DNA from: an uncultured cyanobacterium
GTDB taxonomy: Bacteria; Cyanobacteriota; Cyanobacteriia; Cyanobacteriales; Cyanobacteriaceae
Direction: 5' to 3'
Length of the DNA stretch: 64,000 bases
NCBI GenBank assembly: GCA_963710605.1
Contig: CAVQBA010000004.1
Location: 480,001-544,000, forward strand
A program made the translations under genes and the position numbers. Positions 33,661 to 45,738 of this stretch are shown here, one piece after another. Below the pieces are notes generated by a model that searched no databases, was not told the origin of the DNA, and saw only the letters and a program-made list of their open reading frames with translations. Position 1 is the first letter of the stretch. Each line of letters opens with the position of its first letter.

Positions 33661-35391
33661 ATGAAAAAAAGCTTGCCTGAATTTGAACAAAATAATGCGA
33701 CAAAAACAATTGTAGCTAATCAGTCTTATTTGGTGTACATCATAGATGACCAAATCATTCATTTGAAAGTTATTCGTGCTTTATTAGAAAAAAATAATTT
33801 TCAAGTGATTACGCAAAAAAAAGTTACAGAAGGAATCGAAGAAATAAAATATTTACTCCCTGATTTAATTATATTAGATGTTGTTATGCCCAACATGAGT
33901 GGTTTTGAGGCTTGTAAATTATTAAAATCTTCCCCTATCACTCAATCTATTCCAATTATATTTTTGACAAGTTTAGATAGCCCTCAAGAAAAAATCAAAG
34001 GTGTTGAGTTAGGTTGTTTTGATTATATTACTAAACCCATTAAATCTTCTGAATTATTAGCTAGAGTTAATAATTGTGTTCGGATTATTAATTTAACTCA
34101 AAATTTACAACATCAAAATCAATTATTAAAAGCCGAAATAAATACCAGAAAAGAAGTACAAATAGCCTTAGAAGAAAGTCAAAATACTTTAAAAGCTATT
34201 ATTGATAATAGTCTCAATGGAATGATTATTGTTAATAAAAACGGTGATATTTTATTTCTTAATAAACAAGCAGAATCCTTATTTAGCGATTCTGAAAAAT
34301 GTATGCTAGGTAAAAATTTTGGTATTCCTATTCATTTAGAAAAAACAAGTCAATTAGACATATTACGATCGTCTTCTAATCGGACAAAAAACCACGAATC
34401 TTCTTTAGAATTAGTTACTGTAGAAGTTAGATGCGTACCTATAATTTGGAATAGTAATAATGCTTATTTAATTTCGGCAACTGATATTACTGAACGCAAA
34501 AAAATGGAAGAAAAACTGCATGTTTTATTCCAAGCTTCAGAACAAAGTCCAGCTTCAATTATGATTATGGATATCACCGAAAAAATAGAATATGTTAATC
34601 CCAAATTTTTAGTTACTACTGGTTATTTAAAAACAGATATTGTTGGTAAAAGTTTTAATAGTATATATTCAAAAACTATTAGTGAATCAGATTACCAAAC
34701 TCTATGGGAAACAATTAATAATGGGCAAGAATGGTCTTCAGAATTTAAAAGTAAAAAGAAAAATAATGATTCTTACTGGGAAAAAATGTTGATATCTCCA
34801 ATCTTCAACGAAATGGAAGATATTACTCATTATATTATTATTAGCGAAGATATTAGTCAACAAAAAAATGAAGAAATAAATCTTTTATATCAAGCTAAAT
34901 ACGACAATCTAACTCAAATTCCTAACCGTAACTATGGATTAGAGCAATTAAATGATTTATTAAAACAAGCAGAAGAAAATAATAACAAATTAGGTTTGAT
35001 GTTTATTGATTTAGATCACTTTAAACAAGTAAATGATAACTTAGGACATGATTATGGTGACGAATTACTGATTCAGGCAACTGAAAGAATGAAAAGCGTT
35101 GTGCGTCAGACAGATTTATTAACACGTTTAGGAGGAGATGAATTTTTTATGGCTATTCCTTTACTTCAACAAGATAATTATTTGGCAACAATTGCAAGTA
35201 AAATAATTGATATTTTGAAAAAACCTTTTATCATTTTTGAACAACCTGTTTGTATATCTGGAAGTATCGGGATTGCTATTTTTCCTCAAGACAGTGATAA
35301 ATTAAAACAACTTATGCGTCAAGCAGATTTGGCGATGTATAAATCAAAAGAAAACGGGAAAAACCAGTTTCAATTTTATAATTGTGATTAG
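33661..35391 (+). CDS. REC-PAS-PAS-GGDEF diguanylate cyclase
   Basis: IIDD...LDVVMP...KP receiver; PAS segments; DLDHFK, RLGGDEF. Confidence 0.92.
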   Translation: MKKSLPEFEQNNATKTIVANQSYLVYIIDDQIIHLKVIRALLEKNNFQVITQKKVTEGIEEIKYLLPDLIILDVVMPNMSGFEACKLLKSSPITQSIPIIFLTSLDSPQEKIKGVELGCFDYITKPIKSSELLARVNNCVRIINLTQNLQHQNQLLKAEINTRKEVQIALEESQNTLKAIIDNSLNGMIIVNKNGDILFLNKQAESLFSDSEKCMLGKNFGIPIHLEKTSQLDILRSSSNRTKNHESSLELVTVEVRCVPIIWNSNNAYLISATDITERKKMEEKLHVLFQASEQSPASIMIMDITEKIEYVNPKFLVTTGYLKTDIVGKSFNSIYSKTISESDYQTLWETINNGQEWSSEFKSKKKNNDSYWEKMLISPIFNEMEDITHYIIISEDISQQKNEEINLLYQAKYDNLTQIPNRNYGLEQLNDLLKQAEENNNKLGLMFIDLDHFKQVNDNLGHDYGDELLIQATERMKSVVRQTDLLTRLGGDEFFMAIPLLQQDNYLATIASKIIDILKKPFIIFEQPVCISGSIGIAIFPQDSDKLKQLMRQADLAMYKSKENGKNQFQFYNCD

Positions 35392-36056
35392 TAAAATAAT
35401 TAATATAATAATCTTTTTTACTCAAGCTTTTACTAATGAAGAATAAAAAATAATTAATTAACTAGTTATTTAAATTAATTCAGAAAAAGGAGTTAATACA
35501 GTATCGATCGTTACTATTACCAAAATTCAAAATATCAAAGCTGTAGCTAACGTTATTGAAACTCAAATCCTATTTATCCCGATGATTGACTTGACAAATA
35601 AATAATCTGAGTAGATTGTACCAATCAGTGAGCTAAAGTGCCAAAGATATTGATAATTAAACAACTATTACTCGATCGTAATCATCTATTTATTGTATTC
35701 TCTTAATTGTCGGTGACTAAATTCTTACAAATACTACTGACTACAAATAGTATTAGTTATCGGATGCTTTTTTCCTTGCATGACAGGTATTTTTAGGTTA
35801 AGATTGAGCGGAACATTAAGATTTATTAACTAAAACTAATTGCTTTTTCAAAGATACAAGTGAAATAAATTTTGCTCACAACTATTATTTGTGTAAATAC
35901 AAAGATAGGCAAAAAAATGTTTAATACACAACCAGATGATCAAGATGCCAAAGTTTAGGGCAGAATATTTAAATTAGTAGCATCTCAACTAAATATAGTA
36001 ATTATAAAGACAAAAAGCTTAAATAGTTAATTTAAGTATCATTAAAAAAATTCGTA

Positions 36057-37742
36057 ATGCAAATAGTAAATAAAATTCACTTCAATAATGTCCGAGGAGA
36101 TATCTTCGGCGGGTTAACAGCGGCAGTAGTGGCTTTGCCAATGGCATTAGCTTTCGGGATTGCTTCTGGTGCTGGTGCTTCTGCTGGTATGTGGGGAGCA
36201 ATCTTAGTCGGTTTTTTTGCGGTTTTGTTCGGGGGTACACCTAGTCTGATTTCAGAGCCAACAGGACCGATGACAGTAATTGTTACCGCTGTAATCGCTG
36301 AGTTGATGGCAAAAAATCCTGAAACAGGTTTAGCAATGGCTTTTACGGTCATTATGATGGCAGGAATATTTCAAATTTTGTTCGGTGTAATGAAGTTGGG
36401 TAAATACATTACTATGCTTCCTTATAACGTCATCTCAGGATTTATGACGGGTATCGGGGTGATCCTTATTTTCTTACAGATAGCACCGTTTTTAGGTCAA
36501 CAAACGCCTTCTGGTGGGGTATTAGGTGTCATTAGAAATTTACCAAGTTTGATTGTTAATCTTAATCCTTTGGAAGTTATTTTAGGTGTCTTGACCTTAG
36601 TAATTTTGTTTGTATATCCTTCTAAGTGGAAAAGCATTGTACCACCACAGTTAACTACTTTGGTAATTGGTACGATCGTTGCTTTAGTCTTTTTTGGTAA
36701 TGCTGATATTCGTACGATCGCTACTATTGGTGAAATTACTCCTGGATTACCTGAGTTACAAATGCCTGTTTTGAGCTTCGAGAATTTACGCTTAATGTTT
36801 ACTAATGCGATCGTGTTAGCGACTGTAGGTTCGATCGATTGTTTATTAACTTGTTTGGTTTGTGATAGTTTAACTCGTAGTGAACATCAATCAAATAAAG
36901 AATTAATCGGGCAAGGGATTGCTAATTTAATTACCGGTTTTTGTGGTGGTGTAGCAGGTTCGGGTGCAACTACAGCTAGTGTCGTGAGTATTCAAGCAGG
37001 TGGACGTACTGCTTTAGCTGGTATTGTTCGGGCTTTAGTCTTATTAGTAATTGTGCTTTGGGCGGCACCTTTAACCTCAGGTATTCCTTTAGCTGTATTA
37101 GCAGGGATTGTTTTAAAAGTCGGGATTGATATTATTGATTGGGGTTTCTTAAAACGAGTTCACAAAATATCTTGGAAAGCCGCAGGGATTGTTTATAGTG
37201 TGGTTTTATTGACTGTATTCGTCGATTTGATGGTAGCTGTGGCTGTTGGTGTATTTGTCGCCAATATTTTAACGATCGATCGTTTAACATCTTTACAATC
37301 TAATGCAGTTAAAGCAATCACTGATGATGATGATCAAATTTTGTTAAATCAAGAAGAAAAATACATTCTTGATTCAGCACGAGGACGTTTATTATTATTC
37401 CATTTAAGTGGTCCGATGATTTTTGGTGTCGCTAAAGCTATTTCTCGTGAACATGATGCGATCGAGAATTACGATGTTTTAATCGTTGATTTATCAGAAG
37501 TACCTGTTTTGGGTGTTACTTCTTCATTAGCGATCGAAAATGCGATTTCTGAAGCGATCGATGTTGGTCGTGCAGTGATAGTAGTAGGTGCTACAGGGAA
37601 AGTAAAAAGCCGTCTGCAAAAATTAAATACTGGTGCAATACCCGAACATCTTTGGATTGACGATCGTCTTCTGGCATTACAATCTGGGTTAGCAATTGTC
37701 AAAGAAAAAGGGCATGGTAGTTTTACAAAAGTAGTCAATTAG
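36057..37742 (+). CDS. bicA: SulP-family Na+-dependent bicarbonate transporter BicA
   Basis: GDIFGGLTAAVVALP, SEPTGPM, NKELIGQG, STAS domain. Confidence 0.85.
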   Translation: MQIVNKIHFNNVRGDIFGGLTAAVVALPMALAFGIASGAGASAGMWGAILVGFFAVLFGGTPSLISEPTGPMTVIVTAVIAELMAKNPETGLAMAFTVIMMAGIFQILFGVMKLGKYITMLPYNVISGFMTGIGVILIFLQIAPFLGQQTPSGGVLGVIRNLPSLIVNLNPLEVILGVLTLVILFVYPSKWKSIVPPQLTTLVIGTIVALVFFGNADIRTIATIGEITPGLPELQMPVLSFENLRLMFTNAIVLATVGSIDCLLTCLVCDSLTRSEHQSNKELIGQGIANLITGFCGGVAGSGATTASVVSIQAGGRTALAGIVRALVLLVIVLWAAPLTSGIPLAVLAGIVLKVGIDIIDWGFLKRVHKISWKAAGIVYSVVLLTVFVDLMVAVAVGVFVANILTIDRLTSLQSNAVKAITDDDDQILLNQEEKYILDSARGRLLLFHLSGPMIFGVAKAISREHDAIENYDVLIVDLSEVPVLGVTSSLAIENAISEAIDVGRAVIVVGATGKVKSRLQKLNTGAIPEHLWIDDRLLALQSGLAIVKEKGHGSFTKVVN

Positions 37743-37819
37743 TTTAATTGATAATTGATAGTTGATAATTGATAATTGATAATTAACTATCAACTATTAA
37801 CTATTAACTATCAACTAAT

Positions 37820-38413
37820 CTAACCTATCTTGTCTTTGCTCAATTTAATTTTATTGAACATTGCGGGAGCTTTAGTTGCAACAATAATCATGACAATTAT
37901 CAATGCCGCTATGACGATAATACCTGTCCAAACAGGAAAAGTTAAACCGAGAATAGATAAAGATACAGAGCCTATTCCTTCAATAGTTGCCACAATAAAA
38001 TTACCGAATCCTGCGGTGACACCCGTAGAAGCTAAACGAGTAGTACTAGCCAAAGTCCCGATTAAACCGGCTGTACCTCCCCCTGCGATTACTGCTAGAG
38101 TCCATTGTGCAACTGGATCTGTATGACCTAAAGTAGCCGCAGTTAATACCGTTCCGATGCCGATCGCAAGGGGTACTTGAATCGTATCTAATAAATTATC
38201 GATAATCGGGATATAATATGCACCAACTTCTAAAAAAGTTGCAATAGCTAAAGCGATCGCCGCTTCGGTTGTACCTAACCATTCAAAATTTTCGGGTAAA
38301 GGAAAATGACCAAATATAGCCGCCAAGCTCATCGCTAATGGTGGTACAAAAACCCGAAAACCACAGGCGGCACTAAGAGTTATCCCTAAACACAAACCAA
38401 TAACAACTTCCAT
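37820..38413 (-). CDS. DUF4126 membrane protein
   Basis: LSAACGFRVFVP, YYIP..DNLLD. Confidence 0.8.
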   Translation of the reverse strand: MEVVIGLCLGITLSAACGFRVFVPPLAMSLAAIFGHFPLPENFEWLGTTEAAIALAIATFLEVGAYYIPIIDNLLDTIQVPLAIGIGTVLTAATLGHTDPVAQWTLAVIAGGGTAGLIGTLASTTRLASTGVTAGFGNFIVATIEGIGSVSLSILGLTFPVWTGIIVIAALIIVMIIVATKAPAMFNKIKLSKDKIG

Positions 38414-38686
38414 TATTTCACTAAAATAGTATTTAATTTACAATTTACTTTCTTTAAATTAATCCTTTAATAACTACTCATTTATCATAAATTTAACAGT
38501 TACAAAAGAATTTAATTACCAGAAAAATAATCAACTATTTCTATTTTATCTAGATCTTTTATTTTTCGTTTTAGATTGAGAGTGAAATAATTTTTGAGAT
38601 AATTGATAGCTATACGTCAACAATTAAGAATTTTAATCTGTACTCTTTACTTTTTACTCCTTACTCCTTACTCCTTACTCAATTTT

Positions 38687-40363
38687 TTATTCCCATTCGA
38701 TCGTGCCAGGAGGCTTAGAAGTAATATCATAAACCACACGGTTAACACCATCAACTTCATTAACAATACGATTAGAAATAGCCTCTAAAAGATCATATGG
38801 TGGTCTTGCCCAATCCGCAGTCATGCCATCTTCGCTAGTAATTAGACGTAAAACAATCGGAAAAGCATAAGTTCTTTGATCGCCCATTACCCCAACACTT
38901 TTAATCGGGAGTAAGACAGCGAAAACTTGCCAAAAATCATGATACATACCCCATGTTTTTATTTCATCTCTGACGATAAAATCAGCATCTCTGAGCATAT
39001 TCAATTTCTCTGATGTAACTTCACCTAAAATCCGAATCGCTAAACCAGGTCCTGGGAAAGGATGACGAGAAACTATCTCTTCAGGTAAATTAATCGATCG
39101 ACCAACTTTACGAACTTCATCTTTAAATAATTTACGTAAAGGTTCAACTAATTTAAAACGAAGATTTTTAGGTAAACCACCGACATTATGATGGCTTTTG
39201 ATTTTAACCGCAACTCTTTCTCCTGTTTTTGGATCAACATTAGTATCAGCAGATTCAATCACATCAGGATACAATGTTCCTTGAGCTAGATAATCAAAAG
39301 GTCCTAAACGGTTAGATTCTTCCTCAAAAACTTGAATAAACTCATGTCCAATACGGCGACGTTTTTCTTCTGGATCGGTTACTCCTTCTACTTTAGCTAA
39401 AAAACGCTCACGAGCGTTAACATATTCCACATTAATATCAAATTGCTTATCAAAAATATCAACTAATCTTTCAGGCTCACCTTTACGCATAAAACCTTGA
39501 TCAATAAACATACAAGTAAGTTGATCACCGATCGCTTTATGAAGTAAAAAAGCTAAGGTAGAAGAATCAACTCCACCTGATAAAGCTAATAATACTTTTT
39601 GATCGCCAACTCTTGCTCGAATTTCTTGTATCGACTCTTCCACAAAAGTTTGCGTAGTCCAAGTTGGTTCGCAACCACAAATATGATAAACAAAATTACG
39701 AATCAAAGCTGTACCAAACTCAGAGTGTATCACCTCAGGATGGAATTGAACCCCAAAAAGTTTTTTCTGATGCTCAGCAACTGCCGCACAACGAGTATTA
39801 TCGGTATGGGCTAGAATTTTGAATCCTGTAGGCAACTGCACGCAAGAATCGCCATGACTCATCCACATCGTTGATTCATTTTCAACATTAGTTAACAAAT
39901 CTGTGGGATCATCAATTTTTAAAGAAGCTTTACCATATTCTCCTCTATTTGCTTGTTCAACTTTTCCCCCTAATTGTTTGACCATCAATTGCATTCCGTA
40001 ACATACACCTAAAATAGGAATACCTAAATTCCAAATTTCAGGATCACAAGCAGGTGCACCTTTGGCATATACTGATTTTGGACCTCCAGAAAGAATAATT
40101 CCACGAGGATTGATTGTACGTAGTTTTTCAGCGGTGGTACGATAAGAAATTACTTCTGAATATACTTCTGTTTCTCTAATTCGGCGGGCAATTAATTCCG
40201 AATATTGTGAACCAAAATCAAGGATAACGATCATTTGACGGACGATAGAAGCCCCGCCTTGCAAAGGCGGGGTCACCTCCTCACGTTCAACGCTTAGACT
40301 AGAAGCTGATTGAGCGATCGATTTGTCCTCTGGCTTGTGGGATATATTATCTACTGTGGTCAC
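38687..40363 (-). CDS. guaA: GMP synthase (glutamine-hydrolysing)
   Basis: [31 protein letters not shown]. Confidence 0.98.
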   Translation of the reverse strand: MTTVDNISHKPEDKSIAQSASSLSVEREEVTPPLQGGASIVRQMIVILDFGSQYSELIARRIRETEVYSEVISYRTTAEKLRTINPRGIILSGGPKSVYAKGAPACDPEIWNLGIPILGVCYGMQLMVKQLGGKVEQANRGEYGKASLKIDDPTDLLTNVENESTMWMSHGDSCVQLPTGFKILAHTDNTRCAAVAEHQKKLFGVQFHPEVIHSEFGTALIRNFVYHICGCEPTWTTQTFVEESIQEIRARVGDQKVLLALSGGVDSSTLAFLLHKAIGDQLTCMFIDQGFMRKGEPERLVDIFDKQFDINVEYVNARERFLAKVEGVTDPEEKRRRIGHEFIQVFEEESNRLGPFDYLAQGTLYPDVIESADTNVDPKTGERVAVKIKSHHNVGGLPKNLRFKLVEPLRKLFKDEVRKVGRSINLPEEIVSRHPFPGPGLAIRILGEVTSEKLNMLRDADFIVRDEIKTWGMYHDFWQVFAVLLPIKSVGVMGDQRTYAFPIVLRLITSEDGMTADWARPPYDLLEAISNRIVNEVDGVNRVVYDITSKPPGTIEWE

Positions 40364-40900
40364 TGGCTCTAATTACTGAGGTATTGGTATTGATTTTGAT
40401 GATTAAAAAATAAATTCTTATCCAAAACAGATCTTAGCTACCGTTTAATTTATATCTAGTAGTCAAGATTATGGACAGTTAAGTATTAAGGCATTCTAAC
40501 ATAAATTTTTGTTTAGATAAATGTCTCTTTTTTTAGGTACTTAAATAGTTACTTTAAATATGTATTAGTTCTCAAAAAAAATATAGTTTCAAATCATTTA
40601 CTTTTGATAGTAGTCCTTATGTGGTCAAAATAAAGAAAAATATCTAATCAAAACTATTGAACTATTCTTGAAAAATAGAAAATCCATACCGCTATTTTTA
40701 GGTTCAGAAAATAAAAGATAATATTTATTTTTAAATCATCTTGTTTCAACTTGGTGAAGACAATTATCAATTATTGATTATTTACCCTTTTGTCACGATC
40801 GAAATATTAAAAAATGATTAGCTTCTTACTCAAAATATTGCTGAGAAAATTATATTAAGTTATCTTGAAAAAGTTAATTAAATAAATTATTTGAAAATAA

Positions 40901-41665
40901 ATGGAATCACAATCTCCACTCGCAACTTCAACACCTGCAACTTCAACAGCCCAACCAATGTTACAGGATATAGAAGATTTGACAATTTCATTAATGATCA
41001 AAAGTTTTAATCCCACAATATTAAGTTACGAATTTCTGACTATGACAGGGATTCTACCGAATAGTTGGGAATTAGCTAAACAACCAATCAATAACCCTCG
41101 TGGCTCTCAAGTTAGTTTCAAAAATGGTGTTGAGATTACTGCTCAAGCTAATGCTCTTAATTTTAGACAACCTCTTAATCAAAAACAAGAAGATTCAGAT
41201 AATGTTGACTTAGCAACTATTGCCCAGCGATGTATTGAAAAAATGTCAAGTGCTGAATATCAAGGGTTAAGTATTTCTCCAAAAATTATTATTCCTTTTC
41301 CTGAAGAAGATGGAGGCAGAGACTTTATTCATGATACTTTTTTTAATAATGGTTCGTGGCGTAATTTTGGTAACAGCTCAGTACAAGCTTCTTTGACTTT
41401 ATCTTATGAGTTAGAGCAATGCCGTTTAGGAGTTAATATTAATCCTGCTAAATTACAACAGCCAAATAATATTGCCATAGCCGCTGTTTTGTTTGCAGGT
41501 AACTTCAACTATAGTTTGGCTAACGAGGCTTCTGAGCAAAATACTAATGCCTTAAAAACACAATTGAACAATTGGGAGCGAGATGTAAAAACTTTTCGTG
41601 ATTTAGTCTATAAAAAATTCTTACAAAAAGCACCTACTCAACAAGAAAGCCTGTTTGACAATTGA
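40901..41665 (+). CDS. Hypothetical protein
   Basis: 254-aa ORF with normal composition. Confidence 0.7.
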   Translation: MESQSPLATSTPATSTAQPMLQDIEDLTISLMIKSFNPTILSYEFLTMTGILPNSWELAKQPINNPRGSQVSFKNGVEITAQANALNFRQPLNQKQEDSDNVDLATIAQRCIEKMSSAEYQGLSISPKIIIPFPEEDGGRDFIHDTFFNNGSWRNFGNSSVQASLTLSYELEQCRLGVNINPAKLQQPNNIAIAAVLFAGNFNYSLANEASEQNTNALKTQLNNWERDVKTFRDLVYKKFLQKAPTQQESLFDN

Positions 41666-41737
41666 CAATTGACAGTTGACAGTTGACAATTAAAAATACT
41701 TCTTAACTGTTATCTGTATCTTTGTTTTTTTATTTTT

Positions 41738-42946
41738 ATGGCTATTCAACCTCTTAGTTGGTCAGAATTAGAATCAATTACTGATTATTCGATTGATTAT
41801 ATTAATGGTGTTACTAATGCTCAATCTCGGTTAAGGCTTTTTGGTCAACCAGAATCGAGCGTTAGAGTAACCCTTTATCGAGATCATCACGCATGGTGTC
41901 CTTATTGTCAAAAAGTGTGGTTATGGCTAGAGGAAAAACAAATCCCTTACCGTATCGAAAAAGTAACCATGTTTTGTTACGGACAAAAAGAAAGTTGGTA
42001 TAAACAAAGAGTACCTTCAGGGATGTTACCTGCGATCGATATTGATGGTCAATTAATTACCGAAAGTGATGATATTTTACTCGCATTAGAAGAAACTTTT
42101 GGCGTTTTAGGTTACGGTATGCAAGACGCACAAGTTATGCCTTTAAGAAAACTAGAAAGATTACTTTTCAGGGCTTGGTGTACTTGGTTGTGTTACCCCA
42201 GTATTTTACCGGGGCAAGACAAAAATAATCGTCGGCAATTTATTAAAGTTGTTGGACAAGTAGAAGATGCTTTAGCAGTTACATCCAGTCCTTTTTTCCT
42301 TGATGATTTTAGTACCGCAGATTTAGTGTTTGTTCCTTATGTAGAAAGAATGAATGCTAGTCTTTATTACTATAAAGGTTATTCCTTAAGAGAAGAAAAT
42401 CCTTATTTATCGGCTTGGTTTGATGGTTTAGAGTCTCGATCGACTTATTGTGGTACACAAAGCGATTTTCATACTCATGTACACGATTTACCGCCACAAA
42501 TGGGAGGCTGTTATGCTAATGGCGATAAACAAACTCAAATTAATCAATTAAAAGTCGATCGAGGTGATTGGTTTGATTTACCTGATGTCAAATATCCTGA
42601 GCCAGAAAATTCTCGATTTGAAGCTTTATCCAGAATTTTAAAGCACCATAATAATATCATTAAAGTTAATCCGACTAATGACAAAAATCTGTTTGACGAA
42701 GCTTTACGGTGTGCTTTGACTTATATGCTCAAAGAGCAAGATTGTCTTCCTCCTGCTAATACTGAAGTCGGTTTACGTTATCTCAGAGACAGAATTAGTG
42801 TACCTCGTGATATGTCTATTTATGCGGGAAAAAGACTGCGTAATGCTCTAGAATATACCGCTAGTTTGATAAGTGAGCGTCAACCCGAACCTTTACCTGT
42901 ACGTCATCGTCGAGATCAAAATCCCGTTAATTTTGCTTTGGTATAA
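41738..42946 (+). CDS. Glutathione S-transferase family protein
   Basis: [14 protein letters not shown]...TESD. Confidence 0.88.
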   Translation: MAIQPLSWSELESITDYSIDYINGVTNAQSRLRLFGQPESSVRVTLYRDHHAWCPYCQKVWLWLEEKQIPYRIEKVTMFCYGQKESWYKQRVPSGMLPAIDIDGQLITESDDILLALEETFGVLGYGMQDAQVMPLRKLERLLFRAWCTWLCYPSILPGQDKNNRRQFIKVVGQVEDALAVTSSPFFLDDFSTADLVFVPYVERMNASLYYYKGYSLREENPYLSAWFDGLESRSTYCGTQSDFHTHVHDLPPQMGGCYANGDKQTQINQLKVDRGDWFDLPDVKYPEPENSRFEALSRILKHHNNIIKVNPTNDKNLFDEALRCALTYMLKEQDCLPPANTEVGLRYLRDRISVPRDMSIYAGKRLRNALEYTASLISERQPEPLPVRHRRDQNPVNFALV

Positions 42947-42979
42947 TTAATAAAAAATGAATTGAGATTATTAACCGCA

Positions 42980-43073
42980 GCGAAAAGTGTGGTCTTGGGC
43001 GGGGCGTACAAGCACCTGAAATTAATTCAGGTGTCAGCCCCTTGGCTCTCCCCCATGAACAACTTTTTAAGAC
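42980..43073. mobile_element. Small dispersed GCG...AAGAC element with nested ~43-bp hairpin (43000-43043)
   Basis: GAAAAGT/ACTTTT outer arms; nested GGGGC...CACCTGAA/TTCAGGTG...GCCCC. Confidence 0.6.
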
Positions 43074-43090
43074 GAGTACGCAGAGAACGC

Positions 43091-43191
43091 AGAGGAGGCT
43101 TGGGTTTGAAATCGTGACGCTTGTAAACAGAGGTGTTTAGAGGAGGCTATGGGTTTGAAATCGTGACGCTTGTAAACAGAGGTGTTTAGAG
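43091..43191. repeat. Two-copy ~49-bp tandem direct repeat
   Basis: AGAGGAGGCT(A)TGGGTTTGAAATCGTGACGCTTGTAAACAGAGGTGTTT x2, no spacer. Confidence 0.9.
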
Positions 43192-43281
43192 AAAGCTATA
43201 TTTAGCTTACTGCTATATAGTCTTCAGCTCCAAAATAGAGTACATTAATTCTAGATAATATTTTTTTATTCTCAATTAATT

Positions 43282-44205
43282 ATGAATATCCGAGCTTCTA
43301 AAGTTAGAGCAATTAGTTCGACAGTTAGTAATATGGAACGATCGCTTAATTTTTATACAAAAGCACTTTCATTTAAACTGGTAGATGATATTACGATCGA
43401 TGAAGATTACTATTGTCAGTTAGAAGCAATTCCCCCCACGAAAATTCGGATTGCAACTCTAAGTATGGGAAATGAATTAATTGAGTTAAAAGAATATCTA
43501 GATTTAGAAGGAAAACCAATTCCCTCTGATACTCAAGGTAATGACTTGTGGTTTCATCATTTTGCGATCGTTGTTAAAGATATGGAGCGTGCTTACGAGC
43601 AATTAAGTCAATTTTCCTTTGAAAAAACATCGATCGCACCTCAAACTCTCGATTCAGGCATCAAAGCCTTTAAATTTAAAGATCCCGATGGACACAATTT
43701 AGAATTGATTTATTTCCCTAGCGGTATAGGTCAAGATAAGTGGCAGAAAGAGACAGAAGAATTATTTTTAGGAATTGATCATACAGCAATTTCGGTTACT
43801 AATACCGAAGACAACCTCAAATTTTATCGAGATTTACTCAGTTTAGAAGTTACCGCCGAAACGGTTAATGTCGGGCAAATTCAAGCGAATCTTGATGGAT
43901 TAGATGAATCTAAAGTACAAATTACCTCTTTGTTTCCTGTAGGTGAAGATTTAGGAGTAGAGTTTCTAGATTACATCATACCGCCGACAGGTAGAGCTTT
44001 TGATGCCTCGGCTAAAAGTTACGATTTAACTCATATGCAAATTCAAATTGTTGTTAATGAGATCGAAAAGATTGTCTCAGATTTAAAACAAAATGAAGTC
44101 GAAATTGTTTCACCTCAAATAATTGATTTTCCCGACTCTTATCCTTATAGTAAAGGTTGTTTAATAAAAGATCCCAACGGACATGGAGTGTTGATTATCA
44201 GTTAA
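43282..44205 (+). CDS. VOC/glyoxalase family protein
   Basis: HFAIVV, KDPDGHNLEL, DHTAISV, KDPNGH. Confidence 0.88.
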   Translation: MNIRASKVRAISSTVSNMERSLNFYTKALSFKLVDDITIDEDYYCQLEAIPPTKIRIATLSMGNELIELKEYLDLEGKPIPSDTQGNDLWFHHFAIVVKDMERAYEQLSQFSFEKTSIAPQTLDSGIKAFKFKDPDGHNLELIYFPSGIGQDKWQKETEELFLGIDHTAISVTNTEDNLKFYRDLLSLEVTAETVNVGQIQANLDGLDESKVQITSLFPVGEDLGVEFLDYIIPPTGRAFDASAKSYDLTHMQIQIVVNEIEKIVSDLKQNEVEIVSPQIIDFPDSYPYSKGCLIKDPNGHGVLIIS

Positions 44206-44512
44206 TAGCGAATAGTCATTACCAGATTTGAAGTCAAATATTTTTTTAATTTGTTTATCCCTTTTAATTGAGCAGGGCTGATTCATTGTAAAATTTTGTA
44301 ACTTATACAACGTCAGAAATATAATAGTAAAAACACAATGTAACCACTCTCAATCAATCGTATTGTAGTAATAGCTTCTAGCTATTTTCTTCTTCCTTTG
44401 AATGTAACAGCTTTGCCTTAATTGAAGAGAAATGCAGATAAGTAAAAACGTGCTAATAAAAATACCAAGAGCGATTACCATAAGTTTTTTTTACTCCCCT
44501 CTCCTGCGAGGA

Positions 44513-44563
44513 GCGGTGAGACCCCGCAACAACGGTAAGTTGCAAGGGAACGCTCACCAAGAC
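44513..44563. mobile_element. 51-bp GCG...AAGAC hairpin element inserted in a CCCCTCTCC/GAGGGG palindromic repeat
   Basis: Structural homolog of 11294-11343. Confidence 0.65.
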
Positions 44564-44629
44564 AGAGGGGTTGGGGGTGAGGTAAAATCAAGATGAGGCT
44601 GGTACTTTTTTTCATGGCAATGTCCTAGT

Positions 44630-45583
44630 TTAAATATTTTCTAACCAACTAGTCAAATCATCAATCGAATTAAAATCTAACAAAGCCTCACCTAAATCTC
44701 CTAATACAGGTAAAGGCAAACTCATAACTTTATTTTCTACATCAGAAGGAATACTACCAATTTTTCTTCTCATTTGACGAGCAATTAAGACAGCTTCTCC
44801 TTGTTGAATTCCCCGTTGAATACCTTGCTCGACTCCTTGTTGAATTCCTTTTTGTAATCCAATCTGTTCTCTTTCTTCTAATTTTGCTTTGTAAATTGGT
44901 GATAACTTCATAATTAACTTTTCATCCTCTGGTGTTAATTTTTTGTCCTTACTTCGATTCAATTCTAACATCGAAAATAAATTCGAGATTAATTCTAGAA
45001 CGTTATCTCGATGAGGGTTATCTCTAGGTAGTGCTTTTAATTCATCAATTGCATTTTCTTGTACTTTCCCCTTACCTAGCATCCTTAACCATAAAGTTTC
45101 GCTATTTACCGGTAGCTGATGTATGACAATGATTTGGGTTGACAATGCTGAGGGTAAAAAATAAACCCCTTTTAACCAATCCTCTTTTGATTTTGCTTCA
45201 AAAGAATCTAATATTTGTTGAGATAAAGTTGGCATTAAAATCCACAATTTTGCGATTTCTGGATTAACTAAACTTTTTTTTGGATTTTTTCTTAAATCTC
45301 TTCTAATGGAAGTATGTACATCAAATAATTTGCCAAGGCAATCATTCACTTGATGAGTTTTGACAGGGTTGCGATAAACTTCAAACAAACAGGTATTTTG
45401 AATTATTTTGGATAATAAGCCCAGTGAAGTAGATGTATTTGGTATTTCTTTATTGGGTTGAAAAAACACATCAATTTCTCTTCTTTGAGAAGTGATATTC
45501 TCAGCCGAGGAGGCGATACCATAATCAGAAATTAACTCAGGTAGATATTGTTTAACAAATTCATCGTGAGGAAATTGACTCAT
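44630..45583 (-). CDS. Rpn-like/DUF4351 family protein
   Basis: HDEFVKQYL, EID, FEVYR, (G...Q)n repeats, C-terminal L..LGEALLDF....DL..WL. Confidence 0.8.
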   Translation of the reverse strand: MSQFPHDEFVKQYLPELISDYGIASSAENITSQRREIDVFFQPNKEIPNTSTSLGLLSKIIQNTCLFEVYRNPVKTHQVNDCLGKLFDVHTSIRRDLRKNPKKSLVNPEIAKLWILMPTLSQQILDSFEAKSKEDWLKGVYFLPSALSTQIIVIHQLPVNSETLWLRMLGKGKVQENAIDELKALPRDNPHRDNVLELISNLFSMLELNRSKDKKLTPEDEKLIMKLSPIYKAKLEEREQIGLQKGIQQGVEQGIQRGIQQGEAVLIARQMRRKIGSIPSDVENKVMSLPLPVLGDLGEALLDFNSIDDLTSWLENI

Positions 45584-45738
45584 AATGCTCGATTTTTTGG
45601 ATAAACCAATTTTTAATATAGTTTAAAATAACACGATCGTGTAGTGCTTTATTAAGCCGTCATTATTGTCGTTGTCATAAAAGGTTGACTGGTTTAAAAC
45701 TAATCGCTATATCTTTTGATTACATCTTCTATTTATAC

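Noticed and set aside
43091-43191. Possible mini-CRISPR (GTTTGAAA-containing repeat)
   Set aside because: Two contiguous ~49-bp copies with no unique spacer and no cas genes; simple tandem duplication
44630-45583. Rpn/DUF4351 gene as the transposase for local MITEs
   Set aside because: No flanking inverted repeats or IS structure; nothing in the sequence links it to the elements
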